Below, one piece after another: positions 12,801 through 23,035 of a stretch of 64,000 bases of DNA (its first letter is position 1; each line of letters opens with the position of its first letter). The translations under genes were made by a program, and so were the position numbers. Below the pieces are notes generated by a model that was given only the letters and a program-made list of their open reading frames with translations, ran no database searches and was not told where the DNA came from. The stretch covers positions 17,657-81,656 of the forward strand of contig JAUCBJ010005181.1 in NCBI GenBank assembly GCA_032718475.1. Reading direction: 5' to 3'. The DNA comes from Nemertoderma westbladi (Eukaryota > Animalia > Xenacoelomorpha).

Positions 12801-15800
12801 GAACAGAAAACTCGTAGCTGGTTGGTTAGGGAACAGAAAACTCGTAGCTGGTTTGTTTAGGAAACAGAAAACTCGTAGCTGGTAGGTTAGGAAACGGAAA
12901 ACTCGTAGCTGGTAGGTTAGGAAACAGAAAACTCGTAGCTGGTAGGTTAGAAAACGGAAAACTCGTAGCTGGTAGGTTAGGGAACAGAAAGGTCGTAGCT
13001 GGTAGGTTAGGAAACAGAAAACTCGTAGCTGGTAGGTTAGGTAACAGAAAACTTGTAGCTGGTAGGTTAGGAAACGGAAAACTCGTAGCTGGTAGGTTAA
13101 GGAACAGAAAACTCGTAGCTGGTAGGTTAGGGAACAGAAAGGTCGTAGCTGGTAGGTTGGGGAACAGAAAACTCGTAGCTGGTAGGTTAGGAAACGGAAA
13201 ACTCGTAGCTGGTAGGTTAGGGAACATAAAACTCGTAGCTGGTAGGTTAGGGAACAGAAAACTCGTAGCTGGTTGGTTAGGGAACAGAAAACTCGAAGCT
13301 GGTAGGTTAGGGAACAGAAAACTCGTAGCTGGTAGGTTAGTGAACAGAAAACTCGTAGCTGGTTGGTTAGGAAACGGAAAACTCGTAGCTGGTAGGTTAG
13401 GTAACAGAAAACTTGTAGCTGGTAGGTTAGGAAACGTAAAACTCGTAGCTGGTAGGTTAAGGAACAGAAAACTCGTAGCTGGTAGGTTAGGGAACAGAAA
13501 ACTCGTAGCTGGTTGGTTAGGGAACAGAAAACTCGTAGCTGGTAGGTTAGGAAACGGAAAACTCGTAGCTGGTAGGTTAGGGAACAGAAAACTCGTAGCT
13601 GGTAGGTTAGGGAACAGAAAACTCGTAGCTGGTTGGTTAGGAATCGGAAAACTCGTAGCTGGTAGGTTAGGGAACAGAAAACTCGTAGCTGGTAGGTTAG
13701 GGAACAGAAAACTCGTAGCTGGTTTGTTTAGGAAACAGAAAACTCGTAGCTGGTTTGTTTAGGAAACAGAAAACTCGTAGCTGGTAGGTTAGGAAACGGA
13801 AAACTCGTAGCTGGTAGGTTAGGAAACAGAAAACTCGTAGCTGGTAGGTTAGGAAACGGAAAACTCGTAGCTGGTAGGTTAGGGAACAGAAAGGTCGTAG
13901 CTGGTAGGTTAGGAAACAGAAAACTCGTAGCTGGTAGGTTAGGAAACGGAAAACTCGTAGCTGGTAGGTTAGGAAACGGAAAACTCGTAGCTGGTTGGTT
14001 AGGGAACAGAAAACTTGTAGCTGGTAGGTTAGGAAACGGAAAACTCGTAGCTGGTAGGTTAGGGAACAGAAAACTCGTAGCTGGTTGGTTGGGGAATAGA
14101 AAATTTGTAGCTGGTAGGTTAGGAAACGGAAAACTCGTAGCTGGTAGGTTAGGGAACAGAAAACTCGTAGCTGGTTGGTAAGGGAACAGAAAACTCGTAG
14201 CTGGTTGGTTAGGGAACAGAAAACTCGTAGCTGGTAGGTTAGGAAACGGAAAACTCGTAGCTGGTAGGTTAGGGAACAGAAAACTCGTAGCTGGTAGGTT
14301 AGGGAACAGAAAACTCGTAGCTGGTTGGTTAGGGAACAGAAAACTCGTAGCTGGTAGGTTAGGGAACAGAAAACTCGTAGCTGGTTGGTTAGGGAACAGA
14401 AAACTCGTAGCTGGTTGGTTAGAGAACAGAAAACTCGTAGCTGGTTGGTTAGGGAACAGAAAACTTGTAGCTGGTAGGTTAGGAAACGGAAAACTCGTAG
14501 CTGGTAGGTTAGGGAACAGAAAACTCGTAGCTGGTTGGTTAGGGAACAGAAAACTTGTAGCTGGTAGGTTAGGAAACGGAAAACTCGTAGCTGGTAGGTT
14601 AGGGAACAGAAAACTCGTAGCTGGTAGGTTAGGGAACAGAAAACTCGTAGCTGGTTGGTTAGGGAACATAAAACTTGTAGCTGGTAGGTTAGGAAACGGA
14701 AAACTCGTAGCTGGTAGGTTAGGGAACAGAAAACTCGTAGCTGGTAGGTTAGGGAACAGAAAACTCGTAGCTGGTTGGTTAGGGAACAGAAAACTCGTAG
14801 CTGGTTTGTTTAGGAAACAGAAAACTCGTAGCTGGTAGGTTAGGAAACGGAAAACTCGTAGCTGGTAGGTTAGGAAACAGAAAACTCGTAGCTGGTAGGT
14901 TAGGAAACGGAAAACTCGTAGCTGGTAGGTTAGGGAACAGAAAGGTCGTAGCTGGTAGGTTAGGAAACAGAAAACTCGTAGCTGGTAGGTTAGGTAACAG
15001 AAAACTTGTAGCTGGTAGGTTAGGAAACGGAAAACTCGTAGCTGGTAGGTTAAGGAACAGAAAACTCGTAGCTGGTAGGTTAGGGAACAGAAAGGTCGTA
15101 GCTGGTAGGTTGGGGAACAGAAAACTCGTAGCTGGTAGGTTAGGAAACGGAAAACTCGTAGCTGGTAGGTTAGGGAACAGAAAACTCGTAGCTGGTAGGT
15201 TAGGGAACAGAAAACTCGTAGCTGGTTGGTTAGGGAACAGAAAACTCGAAGCTGGTAGGTTAGGGAACAGAAAACTCGTAACTGGTAGGTTAGAGAACAG
15301 AAAACTCGTAGCTGGTAGGTTAGAGAACAGAAAGGTCGTAGCTGGTAGGTTGGGGAACAGAAAACTCGTAGCTGGTAGGTTAGGAAACGGAAAACTCGTA
15401 GCTGGTAGGTTAGGGAACAGAAAACTCGTAGCTGGTTGGTTAGGAAACGGAAAACTCGTAGCTGGTAGGTTAGGTAACAGAAAACTTGTAGCTGGTAGGT
15501 TAGGAAACGGAAAACTCGTAGCTGGTAGGTTAAGGAACAGAAAACTCGTAGCTGGTAGGTTAGGGAACAGAAAACTCGTAGCTGGTTGGTTAGGGAACAG
15601 AAAACTCGTAGCTGGTAGGTTAGGAAACGGAAAACTCGTAGCTGGTAGGTTAGGGAACAGAAAACTCGTAGCTGGTAGGTTAGGGAACAGAAAACTCGTA
15701 GCTGGTTGGTTAGGAAACGGAAAACTCGTAGCTGGTAGGTTAGGGAACAGAAAACTCGTAGCTGGTAGGTTAGGGAACAGAAAACTCGTAGCTGGTTTGT

Positions 15801-18800
15801 TTAGGAAACAGAAAACTCGTAGCTGGTTTGTTTAGGAAACAGAAAACTCGTAGCTGGTAGGTTAGGGAACAGAAAACTCGTAGCTGGTTTGTTTAGGAAA
15901 CAGAAAACTCGTAGCTGGTTTGTTTAGGAAACAGAAAACTCGTAGCTGGTAGGTTAGGAAACGGAAAACTCGTAGCTGGTAGGTTAGGAAACAGAAAACT
16001 CGTAGCTGGTAGGTTAGGAAACGGAAAACTCGTAGCTGGTAGGTTAGGGAACAGAAAGGTCGTAGCTGGTAGGTTAGGAAACAGAAAACTCGTAGCTGGT
16101 AGGTTAGGAAACGGAAAACTCGTAGCTGGTAGGTTAGGAAACGGAAAACTCGTAGCTGATTGGTTAGGGAATAGAAAACTTGTAGCTGGTAGGTTAGGAA
16201 ACGGAAAACTCGTAGCTGGTAGGTTAGGGAACAGAAAACTCGTAGCTGGTTGGTTGGGGAACAGAAAATTTGTAGCTGGTAGGTTAGGAAACGGAAAACT
16301 CGTAGCTGGTAGGTTAGGGAACAGAAAACTCGTAGCTGGTTGGTTAGGGAACAGAAAACTCGTAGCTGGTTGGTTAGGGAACAGAAAACTCGTAGCTGGT
16401 AGGTTAGGAAACGGAAAACTCGTAGCTGGTAGGTTAGGGAACAGAAAACTCGTAGCTGGTAGGTTAGGGAACAGAAAACTCGTAGCTGGTAGGTTAGGGA
16501 ACAGAAAGGTCGTAGCTGGTAGGTTAGGAAACAGAAAACTCGTAGCTGGTAGGTTAGGAAACGGAAAACTCGTAGCTGGTAGGTTAGGAAACGGAAAACT
16601 CGTAGCTGATTGGTTAGGGAATAGAAAACTTGTAGCTGGTAGGTTAGGAAACGGAAAACTCGTAGCTGGTAGGTTAGGGAACAGAAAACTCGTAGCTGGT
16701 TGGTTGGGGAACAGAAAATTTGTAGCTGGTAGGTTAGGAAACGGAAAACTCGTAGCTGGTAGGTTAGGGAACAGAAAACTCGTAGCTGGTTGGTTAGGGA
16801 ACAGAAAACTCGTAGCTGGTTGGTTAGGGAACAGAAAACTCGTAGCTGGTAGGTTAGGAAACGGAAAACTCGTAGCTGGTAGGTTAGGGAACAGAAAACT
16901 CGTAGCTGGTAGGTTAGGGAACAGAAAACTCGTAGCAGGTTGGTTAGGGAACAGAAAACTCGTAGCTGGTAGGTTAGGGAACAGAAAACTCGTAGCTGGT
17001 TGGTTAGGGAACAGAAAGGTCGTAGCTGGTAGGTTAGGGAAGAGAAAACTCGTAGCTGGTAGGTTAGGTAACAGAAAACTTGTAGCTGGTAGGTTAGGAA
17101 ACGGAAAACTCGTAGCTGGTAGGTTAAGGAACAGAAAACTCGTAGCTGGTAGGTTAGGGAACAGAAAGGTCGTAGCTGGTAGGTTGGGGAACAGAAAACT
17201 CGTAGCTGGTAGGTTAGGAAACGGAAAACTCGTAGCTGGTAGGTTAGGGAACAGAAAACTCGTAGCTGGTAGGTTAGGGAACAGAAAACTCGTAGCTGGT
17301 TGGTTAGGGAACAGAAAACTCGAAGCTGGTAGGTTAGGGAACAGAAACCTCGTAGCTGGTAGGTTAGGGAACAGAAAACTCGTAGCTGGTTGGTTAGGAA
17401 ACGGAAAACTCGTAGCTGGTAGGTTAGGTAACAGAAAACTTGTAGCTGGTAGGTTAGGAAACGGAAAACTCGTAGCTGGTAGGTTAAGGAACAGAAAACT
17501 CGTAGCTGGTAGGTTAGGGAACAGAAAACTCGTAGCTGGTTGGTTAGGGAACAGAAAACTCGTAGCTGGTAGGTTAGGAAACGGAAAACTCGTAGCTGGT
17601 AGGTTAGGGAACAGAAAACTCGTAGCTGGTAGGTTAGGGAACAGAAAACTCGTAGCTGGTAGGTTAGGGAACAGAAAACTCGTAGCTGGTTGGTTAGGAA
17701 ACGGAAAACTCGTAGCTGGTAGGTTAGGGAACAGAAAACTCGTAGCTGGTAGGTTAGGGAACAGAAAACTCGTAGCTGGTTTGTTTAGGAAACAGAAAAC
17801 TCGTAGCTGGTTTGTTTAGGAAACAGAAAACTCGTAGCTGGTAGGTTAGGAAACGGAAAACTCGTAGCTGGTAGGTTAGGAAACAGAAAACTCGTAGCTG
17901 GTAGGTTAGGAAACGGAAAACTCGTAGCTGGTAGGTTAGGGAACAGAAAGGTCGTAGCTGGTAGGTTAGGAAACAGAAAACTCGTAGCTGGTAGGTTAGG
18001 AAACGGAAAACTCGTAGCTGGTAGGTTAGGAAACGGAAAACTCGTAGCTGATTGGTTAGGGAACAGAAAACGTGTAGCTGGTAGGTTAGGAAACGGAAAA
18101 CTCGTAGCTGGTAGGTTAGGGAACAGAAAACTCGTAGCTGGTTGGTTGGGGAACAGAAAATTTGTAGCTGGTAGGTTAGGAAACGGAAAACTCGTAGCTG
18201 GTAGGTTAGGGAACAGAAAACTCGTAGCTGGTTGGTTAGGGAACAGAAAACTCGTAGCTGGTTGGTTAGGGAACAGAAAACTTGTAGCTGGTAGGTTACG
18301 GAACAGAAAACTCGTAGCTGGTTGGTTAGGGAACAGAAAACTCGTAGCTGGTAGGTTAGGGAACAGAAAACTCGTAGCTGGTTGGTTAGGGAACAGAAAA
18401 CTCGTAGCTGGTAGGTTAGGAAACGGAAAACTCGTAGCTGGTAGGTTAGGGAACAGAAAACTCGTAGCTGGTAGGTTACGGAACAGAAAACTCGTAGCTG
18501 GTTGGTTAGGGAACAGAAAACTCGTAGCTGGTAGGTTAGGGAACAGAAAACTCGTAGCTGGTTGGTTAGGGAACAGAAAACTCGTAGCTGGTTGGTTAGG
18601 GAACAGAAAACTCGTAGCTGGTAGGTTAGGGAAGAGAAAACTCGTAGCTGGTAGGTTAGGGAAGAGAAAACTCGTAGCTGGTAGGTTAGGGTACAGAAAA
18701 CTCGTAGCTGGTAGGTTAGGAAACGGAAAACTCGTAGCTGGTAGGTTAGGAAACGGAAAACTCGTAGCTGGTAGGTTAGGGAACAGAAAACTTGTAGCTG

Positions 18801-20414
18801 GTAGGTTAGGAAATGGAAAACTCGTAGCTGGTAGGTTAGGAAGCAGAAAACTCGTAGCTGGTAGGTTAGGAAACGGAAAACTCGTAGCTGGTAGGTTAGG
18901 AAGCAGAAAACTCGTAGCTGGTAGGTTAGGAAACAGAAAACTCGTAGCTGGTAGGTTAGGAAACGGAAAACTCGTAGCTGGTAGGTTCGGAAGCAGAAAA
19001 CTCGTAGCTGGTAGGTTAGGAAACAGAAAACTCGTAGCTGGTAGGTTAGGAAACGGAAAACTCGTAGCTGGTAGGTTAGGAAACGGAAAACTCGTAGCTG
19101 GTAGGTTAGGAAGCAGAAAACTCGTAGCTGGTAGGTTAGGAAACGGAAAACTCGTAGCTGGTAGGTTAGGAAGCAGAAAACTCGTAGCTGGTAGGTTAGG
19201 GAACAGAAAGGTCGTAGCTGGTAGGTTAGGAAACAGAACTACCGTAAGTTCGTATAGAAAAACAATACATATTTTTTATAAGCATTTTGCTGATAATGAT
19301 GCACCTTAAGGGGGGTATCACCCCAAATCTATTTTTTTATTATTTTTATAGCTACTGTTCTGAAACTTTAACACAATTATCTGTGATCTTTAACTAAGAA
19401 AACTGAGATACCTTCGCAAACCATTTTGTTTGTAAAATATGGGACTTTTTGTGCAACAAGTCGGTTTTTTTCAAAATTTGTAAAGATTTTGAGGATTTTA
19501 ATGAAAAATATCTCATGTAGAAGGATCTGTAGTACCAACCGGGTTGCAGTTCTCGGTCCAAGAGTTTGGCCCAATGAACCTAGATTTTTTTTATGTAGGT
19601 TATCTTTTGTGAAAATTTCAACACAAAACTATTGGTATTTGAAAAATTTATGGGGGTTTTAGTATGTTCGGGCTATATTTCGGGCATCATATATTTTGAG
19701 ATAGACAAGAAGAAGCAATTACATAATGGATCATAGAACATCCAAATTGACATATGTTACAAAACCAATACTAAGGATTGTAGCCCTATAGATGCTGAAC
19801 ATTTTGGTATATGTTTGATAAAAATTGAGTGAAAAATAAAAAAGTAGTAGGGAATTTAGTGATGATAATCGGCAAACTGAGAAAAAGGTTGTTTTATGCA
19901 GAGAGTCATGAATATTAGCTATAAATTGTTATTGAAAAGTTCTGTTTTGTGGTGGAAAATTATTCAATGGTCAAAACCGATGTCACCACGTGAAAGCCCT
20001 TCTATCAAACCACAAAATTAGAAGAAAAAAAAATTTTCAGGAAATTTTAAAATTTTGCAGTCGCAGGGGGTGATACCCCCCTTAAAATCGGAAAACACAT
20101 TTAATAAATCTGATGAAAAAAAAAAGACTGGGGAAAGACTGGGGGATTTTTTACATTATTATTATTTACCGCCCATATTTCCTATCTATGTTTTCATCAC
20201 TCTAGGTGTCACCCTCATACTCTCGGCTAAGATGAACGACACACGCGGACCGGATTTGGTGAAACTCATAACTACCATATGTTCCACCTACCGTTGTAGT
20301 CACAGAGACCTCATAGCGATGGAGTTCCCCGTCATTGTTTCTTTAGAGTTTCGGTTATTAGTTCCACATTGGGAGGTTCTCTCCCATTATAATAGACTAA
20401 CACACCGCACCTAG
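868..20414 (+). CDS. CABLES: CABLES (CDK5 and ABL1 enzyme substrate) cyclin-box protein; exons 868-1566, 4543-4936, 20206-20414; ~433 aa
   Basis: N-terminal SRRLAAQEFLLNISLDG resembles the CABLES motif RRQAALSFLxNISLDG. Exon 2 has YDPTYLDDP..GKHKTV..SY..FIDYAKP.ELKK.LN..F...LSLTKIRSLKREL..FVYFEKVVL..KQNRKLVAG. Exon 3 has VTLILSAK..DLIAMEFPVIVSLEFRL..HYNRL. Splice sites are phase-consistent: CAG|GTTGGC..TTCTTAG| (phase 0) and GCTG|GTAGGT..TCTAG| (phase 1). AATAAA at 20510. Confidence 0.92.
1671..3047. repeat. 32-bp perfect inverted repeat pair in CABLES intron 1 (1671-1702 and 3016-3047)
   Basis: TAAAACGTCTGTCCTTATCTGATCTGATCTGA and its exact reverse complement ~1.3 kb apart; possible MITE, TSD unclear. 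Confidence 0.55.
3205..4352 (+). repeat. 76-bp tandem array (~15 copies) of a short interspersed element
   Basis: Unit AATTGAGGGAAAGGAGCAGGTTACTGAGGCGGGATTTTCTAACCAAAACAATAAACGGCCACTTTACTGCTTTACC, period 76; single diverged copies occur elsewhere in the window. Confidence 0.92.
4918..19238 (+). repeat. 30-bp minisatellite (~477 units) derived from the CABLES exon-2/intron-2 junction
   Basis: Consensus AACAGAAAACTCGTAGCTG|GTAGGTTAGGG = last 19 nt of exon 2 plus first 11 nt of intron 2, with few variant units. Confidence 0.97.
19310..20081. mobile_element. Kolobok-type non-autonomous DNA transposon (MITE), 772 bp
   Basis: 15-bp TIR GGGGGGTATCACCCC / GGGGTGATACCCCCC flanked by TTAA on both sides; purine (GG) termini with a TTAA TSD fit Kolobok rather than piggyBac (CC termini). 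Confidence 0.8.
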
Positions 20415-21417
20415 ACCATGATACATATATGCTGCTCTATTGTCAGCATTTATTTTTGTGCTAGTCTACAGTAACCCGCGTTTGGTGCTTATTTTTTTAC
20501 AAACATTCTAATAAATATGTCAATTTTATAATATATAATATATCTATGAATATCAACCGATCTCAACACTTTCATACAACAACAAGTTATTTTAACGGGC
20601 TGTTGAGGTAAGCTCTATTGAAGTAAGCTCTGGTGGGTCAATTAGCATTCTGGTTCAATCCAAGTGGTGTGGCATGCCTTATATTTATTATTCGTAGCCC
20701 CAACACGTGTGAGCCTTAGTAAATTCGTTATTCATGAACAAAATTGTCTCAAGTCAGCGGTTTATGTATTTCTGTGTATTTCAGTCAAGAGTTCTAAAGG
20801 ACATGCAGACTATGATCTTTATTAGTTTTGACAATTATGTTGTAATTGCCCGATGTTACATTACTGGCTAAATCTGAGTGAGAATTCTGCGATTATTAAA
20901 ATTGTTTGTTAGTAAAATTGTGGAAGTTACAAAAGAGCGAACAGATAATGAGAACAAAATAAGATTTATCAATTGCCAAATTTAAACCATCAGTAAAAAA
21001 CAGTTGAATTCCTTCCCAACAGTCCCTTTCCAATAACTGAATAATGTTGTAGTTCGAGTGGTCTAACATATCGTGTCTGCAGTGTGGTGTTGGGTTTGGC
21101 AATAAGCTTCTGCTACAGAGGTTATACAATGCCTCGTTGTGAAGTGAGCATAGCATCCTTCTCTCCTATGTCATGAACCCTGCGAGACATCCTGGTTTAT
21201 GGCCTGCCATCTGTATACCATCGAGGGATAAGGTGTGTATTTTTCATTGAGAGCCAGCATGGGCTACTCAGGTTCTACTGCTGCCTGAAATAATGAAATT
21301 CGCTGTTTCCATTACCACGTTATGATGGAAACAGCGAGAGACCCCTTGGTTTAATGGTTAACAACAGAGGGACCGAAGTAAAATACTGCACTGTATTCAT
21401 AATATGAAGGGGAGAAT

Positions 21418-22599
21418 CTTTCTTTTTGGCTCATTAAGCCAAGGAATGCCTGTTCACCACCATAGTTGATCTTCCACAGTAAACCCTTCCACTATGTTTC
21501 CTAAAGTAATGCCTGTTCACCACCATGGTTGATCTTCCACAGTAAACCCTTCCACTACGTTTCCTAAAGGAATGCATGTTCACCATCATGGGTGATCTTC
21601 CACAGTAAACCCTTCCACTACGTTTCCTAAAGGAATGCATGTTCACCACCATGGGTTATCTTCCACAGTAAACCCTTCCACTCTGCCTCCTAAAGAAATG
21701 CCTGTTCACCACCATGAAGGGTATTCTTCCACAGTAAACTCTTCCACGTTTCTTAAAGAAATGCCTATTCACCACCATGGGTGATCTTCCACAGTAAACC
21801 TGTCCACTGTGTTTCCTAAAGGAATGCCTGTTCACCACCTTGGGAGATCTTCCACAGTAAACTCTTCCACTCTGTTTCCTGAAGAAATGCCTGTTCACCA
21901 CCATGGGTGATCTTCCACAGTAAACCCTTCCAGTCTGTTTCCTAAAGAAATGCCTGTTAACCACCATGGTTGATCTTCCACAGTAAACCCTTCCACTCTG
22001 TTTCCTAAAGAAATGCCTGTTCACCACCATGGGTGATCTTCCACAGTAAACCCTTCCACTCTGTTTCCTAAAGAAATGCCTGTTCACCACCATGGGTGAT
22101 CTTCCACAGTAAACCCTTCCAGTCTGTTTCCTAAAGAAATGCCTGTTCACCACCATGGTTGATCTTCCACAGTAAACCCTTCCACTCTGTTTCCTAAAGA
22201 AATGCCTGTTCACCACCATGGGTGATCTTCCACAGTAAACCCTTCCACGCTGTTTCCTAAAGGAATGCGGTGATCTTCCATAGTAAACTCTTCCACTCTG
22301 TTTCCTAAAGGAATACCTGTTCACCACCATGGGTTATCTTCCACAGTAAACCCTCCCACTCTGTTTCCTAAAGGAATGCCTGTTCACCACCTTGGGTGAT
22401 CTTCCACAGGAAACCGTTCCACTCTGTTTCCCAAGTTGCTTTGGTTCCCATTTATCGACCAGTTAAGGATGAAAGCCAGGGTTGGGCTAGGCTGCAGCAT
22501 TTAAAGCACTGTGCCAAAACAGTGCTGACCTATCTAGGGATCGAACCAGTGCCTCCTGATTGGAAACCCAGGAATGTCACCACTAGACCAAGCTGCTGC
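21418..22599 (-). mobile_element. tRNA-derived SINE (Nin/Deu-like core) expanded by an internal minisatellite
   Basis: Minus strand: A box TGGTCTAGTGG (22580-22590), B box GGTTCGATCCC (22537-22547), then CTTTCATCCTT..GGTCGATAAATGGGAACCA resembling the Nin/Deu SINE core; A-rich tail near 21418-21428. Confidence 0.65.
21441..22432. repeat. 63-bp tandem repeat (~16 copies)
   Basis: Unit GGAATGCCTGTTCACCACCATGGGTGATCTTCCACAGTAAACCCTTCCACTCTGTTTCCTAAA. Confidence 0.93.
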
Positions 22600-22926
22600 A
22601 ATATAATAGTCAAATTAGGTATTTAGTAGGCCTATAAAATATTTTCAGATCGGCCTCACCTCGCAGCTATATTATACAGTATATAACATAGTTGTGTGGC
22701 AATTTTGGATAATGAGAAAGTAACAAGTGTCAACCCATTAACTGAAGTCCATTAATAAATTTATCGATACTGTAAGTAAAATATCACGATAACGTTTCGG
22801 CATCACGTAAAGAAAAAATAATGTGGTATCCATTAATTAATACACACTTTTGATATAGAATTTGGCATTTATTAGTATTAATTGCATTTGATATTTGCTT
22901 TCGCATAAATTTACTTCATTGTTTTC

Positions 22927-22933
22927 TATATAA
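22927..22933 (+). promoter_or_regulatory. Candidate TATA box of astacin copy 1
   Basis: TATATAA ~110 nt upstream of the ATG at 23036; also present in copy 2. Confidence 0.45.
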
Positions 22934-23035
22934 GAGGGTAAATTATCCAGTTGACACCATTGACATTTTTTGTTGCAAATTCGGGAAAATCTACAGTAAT
23001 AAATCTCGCTTTGTTAAAACTACCACAAAGACACC

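Noticed and set aside
4875-19309. Many long ORFs, (NRKLVAGRLG)n on + and (FPNLPATSFL)n on -
   Set aside because: They are by-products of a stop-free 30-bp unit and are broken wherever unit length varies; not independent genes.
20560-21400. Possible degenerate LINE RT fragment (LNLAIDKSYF)
   Set aside because: Only one weak motif; cannot be supported.
21434-22330. Minus-strand ORFs (MVVNRHFFRKQSGRVYCGRSP)n
   Set aside because: Translation of a 63-bp minisatellite inside a SINE.
3205-22432. CRISPR-like appearance of the 76-, 30- and 63-bp arrays (and the palindromes at 56160-56520)
   Set aside because: Head-to-tail units with no unique spacers, no cas genes, and a eukaryotic context.
22530-22599. 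Functional tRNA genes here and at 24890-24957, 47315-47381 and 50290-50373
   Set aside because: A and B boxes are present but acceptor stems do not pair well and SINE bodies follow; treated as SINE heads.
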